Assembly (NCBI GenBank): GCA_021817125.1
Contig: JAKAWC010000001.1
Coordinates: 12,327-76,326, forward strand
Length of the DNA stretch: 64,000 bases
Direction of reading: 5' to 3'
From: Candidatus Micrarchaeota archaeon
Lineage (GTDB): Archaea > Micrarchaeota > Micrarchaeia > Micrarchaeales > CABMGC01
In this document: positions 8,649-18,549 of the stretch, one piece after another
Numbering within the stretch: the stretch's first letter is position 1
How the letters are laid out: every line of letters begins with the position of its first letter
Position numbers and translations under genes: made by a program
The notes under the pieces: generated by a model
Seen by the model: the letters and a program-made list of their open reading frames with translations, nothing else
The model's database searches: none
Told to the model about the DNA's origin: nothing

Positions 8649-9566
8649 ATGGAATATGTCGTTACTGGCGGTGCAGGCTACATCGGGGGACACATGGTCG
8701 ATGAACTCATCGGACGCGGGAACGTCACTGCGATAGATGACATGTCGCACGGGGATTACAAGAACCTGAAGGCGAGGTTCCTCAAGCTGGACCTGAGAAG
8801 GAGTGCGGCGCTGCCGATACCGAAAGGTGCATCGATATTCCACTTTGCGGCAAACGCGGATGTCAGGACGTCGGATACCGACCTGATGGACCATTATGGC
8901 AGAGATGTAACAGCGACCCTGAACGTGATGGAGGCGGCGCGCAGGAACGACGCAAAGTTTGTCGGTTTCTCTTCATCTTCAGTGGTTTATGGGGAGCCGA
9001 AGAAGATCCCCACTCCCGAAGATTCGCCTTATGCACCGATATCCAACTACGGCCTCTTCAAAGTTATGGGAGAGGAGATCGTCGAATACTATGCCAGGAC
9101 CTATGGAATCCGGGCTGTCAGCTTCAGGTTCGCGAATATAACCGGAGGGCGGGCCACGCACGGGATAATATACGACTTTGTAGAGAAGCTGAGACGGGAC
9201 CCTTCAAGACTCGAGGTCCTCGGAGATGGAAAGCAGAAGAAGAGCTATGTCTATATAGACGACCTGATGGACGCGATGCTTCATCTCGCCAAGACGTCGA
9301 AAAAGGATTACGACGCATTCAACATAGGCAACGACGGGTGGACCCAGGTCAGCAACATAACCAGATTCGTCTGCGAAGGAATGGGACTGAAGCCCAGGGT
9401 GTTCCATTTGGACAGGTATGGGGGGAGGGGATGGCCAGGGGATGTCAAGCTCATGAGGCTGGACATAACCAAGCTGAAGAAGACAGGCTGGGCGCCGAGG
9501 GTCTCGTCCGATGCGGCGGTGAGGCGGGCGGTTTCCGATTTCCTAGGACATAAGGGGGTGCGATAG
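8649..9566 (+). CDS. NAD-dependent epimerase/dehydratase (UDP-glucose 4-epimerase-like)
   Basis: VTGGAGYIG, SSSVVYG, YGLFK (YxxxK), GDGKQKKSYVYIDD. Confidence 0.92.
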   Translation: MEYVVTGGAGYIGGHMVDELIGRGNVTAIDDMSHGDYKNLKARFLKLDLRRSAALPIPKGASIFHFAANADVRTSDTDLMDHYGRDVTATLNVMEAARRNDAKFVGFSSSSVVYGEPKKIPTPEDSPYAPISNYGLFKVMGEEIVEYYARTYGIRAVSFRFANITGGRATHGIIYDFVEKLRRDPSRLEVLGDGKQKKSYVYIDDLMDAMLHLAKTSKKDYDAFNIGNDGWTQVSNITRFVCEGMGLKPRVFHLDRYGGRGWPGDVKLMRLDITKLKKTGWAPRVSSDAAVRRAVSDFLGHKGVR

Positions 9567-10093
9567 TGCTTGTCGCAATAGGTACCAAGAATCCGGTGAA
9601 GATACGCGCCGTGAAGAAGGCTTTCCGGAAAGCGTTCGGCGGCGGGTCTTTCTCAAGCGTGGAATCGCCATCGGGAGTCAGCCACACCCCTGCGAGCCTG
9701 GCCGAGACGCGGGTGGGGGCAGAGACCCGGGCGCGGCACGCGTTGGAGAAGACGAAGGGTGCAGACTTCGGCGTCGGGGTCGAGGGAGGGGTCCAGAAGA
9801 CCGGCGACGGGCTTATGCTGTGCGGCTATGTGGTAATAATAGGGAAGGACGGCAAAGTCGGGATTGGAGGAGGCACTGAGCTGGTCCTGCCAGGCGCTTA
9901 TGCAAAGAGAATATATCGGGGGGAGGAGCTGGGACAGATAAACGATGACGTTTCCGGCGAGAAGGGCACGAAACATGGAGGGGGGGCGGTGGGCTTCCTT
10001 ACAAAAGGGGTGGCGACACGGGAGGAGTACTTCAGGCTTGCCACAGCGTTTGCGCTTGCCCCTTTCATATCGGAGGAGGTCTATTCGGCGTGA
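9566..10093 (+). CDS. yjjX: inosine/xanthosine triphosphatase (YjjX/DUF84)
   Basis: GTKNPVKIRAV, SGVSHTP, GAETRA, GVGVEGG, ELG, GAVGFLT..R. Confidence 0.9.
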   Translation: MLVAIGTKNPVKIRAVKKAFRKAFGGGSFSSVESPSGVSHTPASLAETRVGAETRARHALEKTKGADFGVGVEGGVQKTGDGLMLCGYVVIIGKDGKVGIGGGTELVLPGAYAKRIYRGEELGQINDDVSGEKGTKHGGGAVGFLTKGVATREEYFRLATAFALAPFISEEVYSA

Positions 10094-10097
10094 TAGC

Positions 10098-11462
10098 TTG
10101 AAACGGGAGGAACTGCTCTTTGTCTTGGCGATACTCGCAATGTCGCTCGCATTCGTGGCGATACTTTACTTCACCGCGGGTCCGGCTTGGGACATGATAG
10201 TGCAGTACCTGAACGCCAAGGCGATGGTGAACCCTGCACTCTACAGCACTACCTGGAGCATAAACACCGCACAGGTGGGGGGCTTGCTCTACTTTGAGAA
10301 CTTCAGGGAGCCGGTGGAGAGCGCACTGATGATTCCTCTCCTTCCACTCGGCGGCGCGACCATACCCGCATACCTTCTTGTGGAGTTCGCCCTCTTGGCG
10401 GCGGGGACGTGGAGATTTAGCAAGAGTTTTCGGATAAACACGGTCATCGCGTTCGCGGTGATGTTCAATCCGTACACGCTCTATTACCTGTTCACTTTCA
10501 ACGGCACGGACGGGCTGTCGCTCGCATTCGTGCTGCTCGGCATCGCCTCGATCGCGGACGGAAGCCCGCTCGCGGGGTTATTCCTGAGCCTGGGGGCTCT
10601 GTCGAAGTATCCGGTGCTGCTCACCCTACCTCTCGTGCTGTTGCTTGGAGACAGGGCAAAGATGACAAAGGCGGCGGAGCTATGCCTCTTGCCAATGCTG
10701 CCTTGGTTCCTATTCAACCTGGCGTTATTCGGCAACCCGTTGGGCAGTTACATCTCCGAGCTACAGATTGCCGTGTCAAATGCGCCAACCGTGCCGCTCC
10801 TTCCCGGAACGCTGCTTGCGATATTCGAGATACCACTAGCATTCCTTCTACTCGGGGCTGCGATATACGCTTTCGCGAAGCGGGGAAGGTTTAAAGGTAT
10901 AAGGGTGCGGAAGGACGTCCGGGCATACATCCTCTTTTACATGCTCCTGACGTCAGCGCTGGAGTTCGTCTTTGTGGAGTTCCACGACAGCCAGTTCACC
11001 GAGGCAAGGTTCGCATACCTACTCGTCTTCTCCCTGCTCCTCTCTGCGGCTTACATACTCGGGACCCAGGCGAGCAGACTGAAGAGGCTCAGAATTGTGC
11101 ACGCGACATTTGCGCTCTCCATCCTGCTCCTTCTCGCAGCGACGTACAACTATGCAGTGAACACGAGCTGGGTGCAGGAGTACAGCGTTCTGAATCCGAA
11201 TGCAGCGTACGTGCACGCTGCTGACGAGCTCGCTGCGCTCGGGTACGGCAACTGCAGCATCATAACCAACGGATGGCCGATGATGCTTTATTATGGATAT
11301 CCCGCGTACACCCCATACGACGCTCCGGGGGAGTATCCTGTGCTGTTCTTCAACCAGGTCGGGATAGGCGCAGGGAACATGACCCAGCTCGCAGATGCGA
11401 CACAGGTCTACAATTCGACGGAGTTCGGGATATACATGCCCAGCAACATGACGTGCCACTGA
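10098..11462 (+). CDS. multi-pass GT-C-type (polyprenyl-phosphate-sugar) glycosyltransferase-like membrane protein
   Basis: About 11 TM segments; WD..QY in the first loop, FREP, LSKYP, ARFAY; C-terminal extracellular domain; TTG start after the yjjX stop is inferred. Confidence 0.6.
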   Translation: MKREELLFVLAILAMSLAFVAILYFTAGPAWDMIVQYLNAKAMVNPALYSTTWSINTAQVGGLLYFENFREPVESALMIPLLPLGGATIPAYLLVEFALLAAGTWRFSKSFRINTVIAFAVMFNPYTLYYLFTFNGTDGLSLAFVLLGIASIADGSPLAGLFLSLGALSKYPVLLTLPLVLLLGDRAKMTKAAELCLLPMLPWFLFNLALFGNPLGSYISELQIAVSNAPTVPLLPGTLLAIFEIPLAFLLLGAAIYAFAKRGRFKGIRVRKDVRAYILFYMLLTSALEFVFVEFHDSQFTEARFAYLLVFSLLLSAAYILGTQASRLKRLRIVHATFALSILLLLAATYNYAVNTSWVQEYSVLNPNAAYVHAADELAALGYGNCSIITNGWPMMLYYGYPAYTPYDAPGEYPVLFFNQVGIGAGNMTQLADATQVYNSTEFGIYMPSNMTCH

Positions 11463-11533
11463 GAGGCATATATGCCGAAACTTTACGAACGCTTTTTATT
11501 ATTTGGTCTCAATAGTATGGTGGAGAATGGACC

Positions 11534-13612
11534 ATGGTGGGCAAGAACCGCCTAGCAAAAGAGAAGAGCATATATCTTCTCGAACACGCTGGCGATCCGG
11601 TGGACTGGTACCCCTGGGGAGAGGAGGCTTTCGACCGTGCGAAGACGGAGGACAAGCCTATACTTCTTTCGATAGGATATGCGACGTGCCACTGGTGCCA
11701 CGTGATGCAGAAGGAATCGTTTCGGGATGAGGGCATCGCGGGTCTGCTGAACGACGCTTTTGTTTGCATAAAAGTCGACCGTGAGGAGAGGCCGGACATA
11801 GACCGCACCTACATGCGCGTGTCACAGATAGTCACGGGAAATGGGGGATGGCCCCTTACCATAATCATGACACCTGACAAGAAGCCGTTCTTCACAGCCA
11901 CGTACGTGCCTAAGGACAGCAGGTACGGGATGCTAGGCATGAAGGCGCTGGCAGACAAGGTCAAGCACGCATGGAAGGAGAATAGGCAGGGTCTTGAACG
12001 CGATGCGGACAGGATTGTGGCCGGGCTTTCCCCTGAAGCCGTGGAGAAACCGCACCGGGGCGGCGTAGATTACTCGGTCATGGACACGGCGTTCGGGCAA
12101 CTGGCAGGGATGTTTGACTACACCCACGGTGGCTTTGCAACGGCGCCGAAGTTCCACCTGCCAAGCTACCTGCTCTTCCTCATGCGCTACTGGTCCACGA
12201 ACAAGAACTCCGAAGCCCAGCAGATGGCGGAGAAGACCCTGCGCACAATAAGGGCAGGAGGGGTCTATGACCAGATAGGGTATGGGGTGCACAGGTACTC
12301 GACTGATATGAGATGGTTCGCCCCCCACTTTGAGAAGATGCTTTATGACCAGGTGCTGCTTGCGCCTGTCTACGCTGAGATGTACCAGATCACCAAGAAA
12401 CGGGAGTACCTGAACGTGGCGGAGGAACTGCTCACATTCGTGATACGCGACCTCAGGTCGAAGGAGGGAGGCTTCTACACGGGCATCGACGCCGACAGCG
12501 AGGAGGAAGAGGGCAAGTTCTATCTCTGGAGGGAGGATGAGATAAGGAACGTGCTTCACGATGCAGAGGCTGCGATTGCAATCGAGGCGTTCGGCGTGGA
12601 GAGGAACGGCAACTACAACGCCGGACCGGCTGAGCGCGAGGGTACAAACATCCCGTACTTGGCAGAGTCCATCGCAGACATATCTGAGAGGTTCCAGATA
12701 AACCAGGAGGAAGTCAGGAGGAACCTGGACTCGGTAAGAAAGAAGCTCTTCCTGGCCCGCGAACGAAGGACACACCCCAGGGTTGACGACAAGATACTCA
12801 CAGACATGAATGGGCTTGCAATAAGCGGCATGGCAAGGGTCGCGAAACTCGCTGAGAAGGTGAGCTACGCGCAGGCGGCCGAGGACGCGGCGGCGTTCAT
12901 ACTGAAGAACCTGTGGAAAGACGGCAAGCTGTACCACCGCTGGAAGGACGGGGAGGCGAGTATCCCCGCATTCATAGACGATTACGCTTTCCTCATCGGA
13001 GGCATACTCGACACCTACGGCATCACGTTCGATGTGTCATATATAAAGACAGCGATACAGCTTACGGACGAGATGATTGCGAACTTCTGGGACAAGAAGG
13101 GAGGCGGCTTCTACTTCACGGCAGCGAAGTCGGAGGTCGTGTTGGTCAGGGACAAGGAGCTGTACGACGGACCGGTCCCCTCCGGAAACGCAGTGGCGGT
13201 GTATAACCTGATACGGCTCGCCCGCATGACAGGCATGTCGAAGTACGAGACGTACGCAAACAAGGCGATTGCGGCGTTTATGCCTGCGCTCATTAGGCAG
13301 CCTACGGCACACACGAGCTTGCTGGTCTCACTCGCTTTCCTACTAGGGCCTTCGTACGAGATAGTGGTGGCCGGAGATCGCAGCGCCGATGATACCAAAG
13401 AGGTATTCAGGGCCATAAGGAAGGAGTTCATCCCGAACAAGGTCGTCCTGCTGAAGACCGACGAGCTTGGAGATGTCGCCGCATACACGAAACGGATGGA
13501 GTGCGCTGACGGGAAGGCGACAGCATACATATGCAGCAACTACACCTGCGATGAACCGGTGACGCGCGTGGAGAGGATGCTGGAGAGGCTTGGCGTGGCG
13601 TACCTCCAGTAG
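11534..13612 (+). CDS. thioredoxin-domain protein YyaL/SSP411 (DUF255)
   Basis: [52 protein letters not shown]. Confidence 0.93.
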   Translation: MVGKNRLAKEKSIYLLEHAGDPVDWYPWGEEAFDRAKTEDKPILLSIGYATCHWCHVMQKESFRDEGIAGLLNDAFVCIKVDREERPDIDRTYMRVSQIVTGNGGWPLTIIMTPDKKPFFTATYVPKDSRYGMLGMKALADKVKHAWKENRQGLERDADRIVAGLSPEAVEKPHRGGVDYSVMDTAFGQLAGMFDYTHGGFATAPKFHLPSYLLFLMRYWSTNKNSEAQQMAEKTLRTIRAGGVYDQIGYGVHRYSTDMRWFAPHFEKMLYDQVLLAPVYAEMYQITKKREYLNVAEELLTFVIRDLRSKEGGFYTGIDADSEEEEGKFYLWREDEIRNVLHDAEAAIAIEAFGVERNGNYNAGPAEREGTNIPYLAESIADISERFQINQEEVRRNLDSVRKKLFLARERRTHPRVDDKILTDMNGLAISGMARVAKLAEKVSYAQAAEDAAAFILKNLWKDGKLYHRWKDGEASIPAFIDDYAFLIGGILDTYGITFDVSYIKTAIQLTDEMIANFWDKKGGGFYFTAAKSEVVLVRDKELYDGPVPSGNAVAVYNLIRLARMTGMSKYETYANKAIAAFMPALIRQPTAHTSLLVSLAFLLGPSYEIVVAGDRSADDTKEVFRAIRKEFIPNKVVLLKTDELGDVAAYTKRMECADGKATAYICSNYTCDEPVTRVERMLERLGVAYLQ

Positions 13613-13614
13613 GT

Positions 13615-14067
13615 TTATGTGGCGGTCCCGACAAACGTCCCTACCGATGTGCGGAACTGGTTGATGGATGCGTCAGCTACAGTATAGTTTATCACTATGA
13701 AGAGCTTGTATTGGTATCCTCTTGACATGCGTGCCCCTGCAGTTGGCGTGCAGTTGACAAATAGTGTCGTGTTGCCGTACAGGTTCACTGACACTTGGTT
13801 CCTGAGCTGGGTAGTGGTCACCGCTGAGGGGCTGGAGCCGCATCCTATTGAGGATATATTCACGTTGGAGTTTATGCCATTCCCGAGGTTAAGCGTAATG
13901 ACTTGTGTGCTCGCAGTGAGAGTGGCTGCGAGGCAGTTGAAGTCCATGTTGAAGGAGCATCCGGGCAAAGCCCCGAGAGAGTAACCGTGGAGGCTTGCGT
14001 ATCCGGCTGCGCCGAATATCATCGCCCCGAGGAGAGCCACGAGGAATGCCAGGTAGAATACTTCCAT
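13615..14067 (-). CDS. pilin-like membrane-anchored protein
   Basis: N-terminal hydrophobic helix, C-x-F-x3-F-x-C motif, beta-rich body with INYT, as in DPANN pilin-like families; no canonical class III cleavage site. Confidence 0.5.
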   Translation of the reverse strand: MEVFYLAFLVALLGAMIFGAAGYASLHGYSLGALPGCSFNMDFNCLAATLTASTQVITLNLGNGINSNVNISSIGCGSSPSAVTTTQLRNQVSVNLYGNTTLFVNCTPTAGARMSRGYQYKLFIVINYTVADASINQFRTSVGTFVGTAT

Positions 14068-14615
14068 TACATCTCCTTTCTCTCAAGATATTGTGCGAGC
14101 TGGGCCAGCGCGTCCTTCCTTGCGGAGATGGTATTCTTGTGTCCATTCTCCATCTCAGCATAAGTTTGTTCGTGCCCGTCGGGTATGAATATCTGGTCCC
14201 AGTCGAACTCCTTCTTGCCGCGGGGTTTGTCAGCGATGCTACCGGACGCCTTCCCCACAAAGACCTTCAGCTCCTTCCCATCGTAAAAGCAGTAGCTGTT
14301 TATCGCGTAGGCGCTCCTGTCTGGAAAGCTCGACAGCATCTTGCATATCCCGCCTATGTCTGCGGTGTGCGTGAGCCAGCGGACCAGCGGGCCAGGGAAT
14401 CCGTTGAACGCATTTATGTACAGTCCGGTGTCCTCCACTATGACCGGGCCGCCTACCTGCGCGAACGCTTTCTTCGCCTTGTCGGTTATTATCACGTTTA
14501 TGTCCAGCGATTGGATCTCTGGAATGTCGACGCTGACGTGCTCTATTCTGTCCCCTAGAATCTGCCTGGTCTCCTTCAGCTTGTTCAGGTTGCTGGTAAC
14601 GAAGTATATCTTCAT
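14067..14615 (-). CDS. rdgB: Ham1/RdgB non-canonical purine NTP pyrophosphatase
   Basis: FVTSNLNKLKE, PEIQ, VEDTGLYINAFNGFPGP, FDWDQIF, KNTISAR. Confidence 0.93.
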   Translation of the reverse strand: MKIYFVTSNLNKLKETRQILGDRIEHVSVDIPEIQSLDINVIITDKAKKAFAQVGGPVIVEDTGLYINAFNGFPGPLVRWLTHTADIGGICKMLSSFPDRSAYAINSYCFYDGKELKVFVGKASGSIADKPRGKKEFDWDQIFIPDGHEQTYAEMENGHKNTISARKDALAQLAQYLERKEM

Positions 14616-14686
14616 CCGACCGACCGATGGAGGCACGCTTGCGCTCTACAAAGTCCATTGTAGCTCAACCTTATTAGGTCTTCAGC

Positions 14687-15037
14687 TCAGGACGAATACT
14701 GCTTCGCATACCTGCCTATCGTTGGTATCTCAATGTCGTTGCCCATCGATGCCTGCCAGCCGACGTACATACCGTATAGCCATCCTAAGAACAGGACGAG
14801 GGAGCTGAGCAATCCCAAGAACGGTATTATGAGGAGTATCCAGTAGACTACCGTTACGGCTATGCCAAGGAGGATCGCCTGGACGGCGTGGAACTTGAGC
14901 CTCTTGTCCTTCTGGCCTTCGGTGAAGTATACAAACAGCCCCGTAAGCCACGTCAAGAGGTACGCTAAGATAAACATGATGCTGTTGTTCGACGAATCGC
15001 CGCCTGCCGCGGGTTTCTTTGTCTGCTTTGTTGGCAT
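14687..15037 (-). CDS. DUF4870-like small membrane protein
   Basis: LAYLL..G, KFHAVQA, three TM helices, IPTIGRYA. Confidence 0.8.
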   Translation of the reverse strand: MPTKQTKKPAAGGDSSNNSIMFILAYLLTWLTGLFVYFTEGQKDKRLKFHAVQAILLGIAVTVVYWILLIIPFLGLLSSLVLFLGWLYGMYVGWQASMGNDIEIPTIGRYAKQYSS

Positions 15038-15088
15038 TGTAACACCAGTATGTTAATTATGGTTAATACTTTAAACCTTGCGCAACGG

Positions 15089-15742
15089 TCAGCCCAGTTG
15101 GGTGGTGACTATCAGGTTGCCGGTGAGCCCGGTGTTCCTCTGGCCGTCTATGTCAGAGTAGTAAGGGTACGTTCCAGTGGCATTGACGGTAAAGCTGATA
15201 GTCTGGTTCTGACCAGGCTTCAGCTGCGTTGTGCCGACATATTGGACAGGGAAGCCGGTGAACTCGACATCGTGCAGTATCGTCCCGTTGTTTATTATGT
15301 CAAGCGTCAGTGTCGTTTGCGGCCTGACCGTCATCTTTGGCGGCGTTATCCGATAGTCGTTCACGTACATTATCAGATACACGCTGGTGGGTGTGATTGT
15401 AGTCGTCGGCGCGGTCGTCTGCTGTGTGGTCGTAGAAGCGAATGTGGTGAGCGCAGCGACGGATGTCGTAAGTGGCACGCTCGTGACCACGACTGTCGAG
15501 GTGGTCGGCGCGGGGGCGCTTCCGTGAGCGAGTATCAGGTAGCCTGCTGCAATGACGATGAGGATCGCTATCACTCCCTTGCCCACTCCTCCAGCAGCTG
15601 CGTGCGTGCCGGCAGCGCTGTGCGGCGCATTGCCTGACGGCTTCGCTTGCTGCTCAGCCACGTCCTGGCCGAGCTCTGCTGCCGCTTCTGCCGGGGCGAT
15701 AATCCTACCCGCGTTGCCCTTCTTCTCTTTCATGTCTGGCAT
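15089..15742 (-). CDS. membrane-anchored cupredoxin-fold protein lacking type-1 copper ligands
   Basis: TM + Thr linker + ITPPKMTV..LDIINNGTILHD..LKPGQ..GTYPYYSDIDGQRNTGLTGNLIV. Confidence 0.75.
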   Translation of the reverse strand: MPDMKEKKGNAGRIIAPAEAAAELGQDVAEQQAKPSGNAPHSAAGTHAAAGGVGKGVIAILIVIAAGYLILAHGSAPAPTTSTVVVTSVPLTTSVAALTTFASTTTQQTTAPTTTITPTSVYLIMYVNDYRITPPKMTVRPQTTLTLDIINNGTILHDVEFTGFPVQYVGTTQLKPGQNQTISFTVNATGTYPYYSDIDGQRNTGLTGNLIVTTQLG

Positions 15743-15793
15743 GATAAGTGCTTGAAAGCGCAAATATAAATACTCTATACCAGACAACACTTT

Positions 15794-16339
15794 ATGGCAC
15801 CTAGCGCAGAGGAGGGGAAGACATTATTCGACCGAGACAACATCAGGGTCGCGGAAGTCGAGAGGGAGTATCCCGACGGTTCCGTCAAGAAGAAGGCGAT
15901 GATAGCGCTCACCGATGTCAGCGTCGTAGTGCCGATAACGAACGATGGAAAGATACTCGTGGAAAGGCACTATAGATACTCTGCAGACACATGGACGACA
16001 GAGGTGCCTGCTGGGAAGGTGGACGATGGCGAGAGCCCAGACCAATGCGCTGCCAGGGAGCTTGAGGAGGAGACGGGGTACAAGGCCAGGGAGATGAAGC
16101 GCATCGCGTCTTTCTATGTGATGCCGCACAGATCTAACTACAAGATACATGTCTACCTGGCCACGGGCCTGTCCAAGACTAGACAGCGCCTGGAGAAGGA
16201 CGAGTTCATCGAAGTGAGGGAGGAGACCCTGGACAACCTGATGCTGATGCTCAAGAACGGCGAGTTGGTGGACCAGAAGACCGCCACGGCATTGCTCTAC
16301 TACTCCGCATTCGCCAAAGGAGACATGCCGAAGTGCTGA
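15794..16339 (+). CDS. NUDIX hydrolase (ADP-ribose pyrophosphatase-like)
   Basis: Nudix box PAGKVDDGESPDQCAARELEEETG; DEFIEV; DQKT. Confidence 0.92.
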   Translation: MAPSAEEGKTLFDRDNIRVAEVEREYPDGSVKKKAMIALTDVSVVVPITNDGKILVERHYRYSADTWTTEVPAGKVDDGESPDQCAARELEEETGYKAREMKRIASFYVMPHRSNYKIHVYLATGLSKTRQRLEKDEFIEVREETLDNLMLMLKNGELVDQKTATALLYYSAFAKGDMPKC

Positions 16340-16378
16340 ACTCTTTTTATACTTTTCAATCTAGGTAGTAGCGTTCGC

Positions 16379-18130
16379 ATGGAAATCCTGGATTATGATG
16401 TCGTCATCCTGGGAAGCGGGATAGCTGGCTTCTCGGCAGCGGTCCATGCAAGCCACGCCTCCGAGGGGAAGGCGAGGGTCGCAGTCATATCGAAGCTCCA
16501 CGCCATGCGGAGCCACTCCGTTGCCGCCGAGGGAGGCCTCTCCGGCGTGCTGCATCCGAAGAAGGGGAGAGACACCCTTGACTCACACGCTTACGACACA
16601 GTGAAAGGATCGGACTTCCTTGCGGATCAGGATGCGGTCGAGGAGCTCGTCAAGCACGCACCCGAGGAAATAAAGTTCTTCGAGCACCTTGGAGTGCCGT
16701 GGCACAGAGAGGATAACGGAGACGTAAGCGCGAGGGCGTTCGGAGGCATGTCGACCCCGAGGACGGTATTCGCTGAGGACAAGACAGGATTCTTCATGAT
16801 GCGTGCCCTGTACGATGAGATAACCAGCCTCAAGAACGTCGACATATTCCACGAGCATTTCGCCACGAAGCTCATGCTGCACAAGAACAGGTTCCTTGGG
16901 ATCTATACTATCGATCTGGGAGATGGTTCTGCGAGAGTCTTCTCTGGGAAGTCGTGCATAATAGCGACAGGGGGGTTTTCCAGGATCTTCTCGTTCACCA
17001 CCACATCCCACTCCTGCACCGGTGACGGGATTGCACTCGCGTACGAGGCGGGGCTCCCGCTCAAGGACATGGAGTTCACCCAGTTCCACCCGACAGCGAT
17101 GGTGCCCAGCGGCATACTGATAACAGAAGCAGCGAGAGGAGAGGGAGGATACCTGAAGGACAAGAGGGGCGACCGCTTCATGTCCAACTACGCGAAGAGC
17201 GTGATGGAGTTGGCACCGAGAGACATAGTCTCGCGCGCAATCGTCACCGAGATCGCGAGAGGGAACGGCATCCTGCACAAGGAGTCTGGGTTGGAGTACG
17301 TGAACCTCGACCTTAGGCACCTCGGCGAGCAGACCCTTGACGAAAGACTGCCGATGATAAAGGAGATCGCGATGAAGATGCTCAACATAAACCCGAGCGA
17401 GGAACAGATACCTGTCAGGCCTGCCGCCCACTTTACCATGGGCGGGATACACACAGATATAGATGGACAGGTGCAGCGGGCTGACGGAAAGGGTGGGGTC
17501 GACGGGCTCTGGGCTGCCGGGGAGGCGGGATGCGTAAGTGTCCACGGAGCCAACAGGCTCGGCAGCAACTCGCTCAGCCAGTGCGCCGTGTGGGGCAGAA
17601 AGACGGGATACGCGGCGGCAAAGCACGCCCGCAGAACAAAGGCCGGGAAGGAAGAGTACGGAAGAATGTTCGAGAAGCAGGTAGAAAGGGAGAGAGGGAG
17701 GCTTGCCGCATTGATGGGAAGGGAAGATGGCGTGGACCCGTATGCGCTGAGGGATGGGATGTACGAGGTAACGGGAAGGTATCTCTACGTTTATAGGAAC
17801 ATGAGAGGCATGAGAGCGGCGAAGAAGGCGCTGTCCAGGCTCAAAGCTATGCTCCCGAGGATGGTTGTAAGGGACAAATCCCAGATATACAACACCAACC
17901 TGAGGGACACACTTGAGATAAACAACCTCATCAGGTTGGCCGACATCGTAGCTGCATGCGCCATGCGGAGAAAGGAGAGCCGGGGGGCGCACGCGGTGCG
18001 CGAGCATCCGAAGAGGGACGACGCGAACTGGCTCAAGCATACCCTCATTTACAACTCTATCTTCGGGCAGAGGGTGACGTACTCGCCTGTCAAGATAACG
18101 AAGTGGACGCCCGTTGAGAGGCATTACTAG
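16379..18130 (+). CDS. sdhA: succinate dehydrogenase/fumarate reductase flavoprotein subunit
   Basis: GSGIAG, RSHSVAAEGG (covalent FAD His), QFHPT, TEAARGEGG, HFTMGG, HGANRLGSNSL, ESRGAH. Confidence 0.96.
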   Translation: MEILDYDVVILGSGIAGFSAAVHASHASEGKARVAVISKLHAMRSHSVAAEGGLSGVLHPKKGRDTLDSHAYDTVKGSDFLADQDAVEELVKHAPEEIKFFEHLGVPWHREDNGDVSARAFGGMSTPRTVFAEDKTGFFMMRALYDEITSLKNVDIFHEHFATKLMLHKNRFLGIYTIDLGDGSARVFSGKSCIIATGGFSRIFSFTTTSHSCTGDGIALAYEAGLPLKDMEFTQFHPTAMVPSGILITEAARGEGGYLKDKRGDRFMSNYAKSVMELAPRDIVSRAIVTEIARGNGILHKESGLEYVNLDLRHLGEQTLDERLPMIKEIAMKMLNINPSEEQIPVRPAAHFTMGGIHTDIDGQVQRADGKGGVDGLWAAGEAGCVSVHGANRLGSNSLSQCAVWGRKTGYAAAKHARRTKAGKEEYGRMFEKQVERERGRLAALMGREDGVDPYALRDGMYEVTGRYLYVYRNMRGMRAAKKALSRLKAMLPRMVVRDKSQIYNTNLRDTLEINNLIRLADIVAACAMRRKESRGAHAVREHPKRDDANWLKHTLIYNSIFGQRVTYSPVKITKWTPVERHY

Positions 18131-18138
18131 GCGAGAGC

Positions 18139-18549
18139 ATGAAGGAGACGTTTGATCCGAGAGGAAGGCAATCGAGCATATTCAGGCTGGCAGCGTTCGA
18201 CAAGGAGGGACTGCTGCACGCTGTGACGATAAGGATCCTGACCTTTGTGGCGCTCGTGGCTGCGGCGGTCATGCTGCTCAATCTGTGGCTCGGCATATTC
18301 ACTAGCGAGTACAAGCTGCTGCTGGTCGTTGTCTGGGTGCTTATAACGCCGCAGCTATTCGAGCTGGCGACAGGTATGGCAATGATGGCGACAAGGGGTA
18401 TGGTGTTCGGTCACCTGAACAAGGCGTGGCTTGACTCAGTGAAGTACCGGGACAAGAGGAATTACTCATTGTACGAGGCCGTTCCGTATGTGGTGCTCGT
18501 TATCTGGCTCGGTCTCTTTGCTGCGTTGGTCGGGGTGTGGTTCGCATGA
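18139..18549 (+). CDS. 3-TM membrane protein, probable non-canonical Sdh anchor
   Basis: Lies between sdhA and sdhB with an ATGA overlap onto sdhB; three hydrophobic helices; no recognisable SdhC/D signature. Confidence 0.6.
   Translation: MKETFDPRGRQSSIFRLAAFDKEGLLHAVTIRILTFVALVAAAVMLLNLWLGIFTSEYKLLLVVVWVLITPQLFELATGMAMMATRGMVFGHLNKAWLDSVKYRDKRNYSLYEAVPYVVLVIWLGLFAALVGVWFA

Noticed and set aside
16583..18124. Long antisense ORFs (513 aa here; also 11933-12937, 20936-21862, 43605-44528, 49344-50336, 56502-57419)
   Set aside because: They mirror conserved genes on the opposite strand, as expected from GC-rich codon bias.
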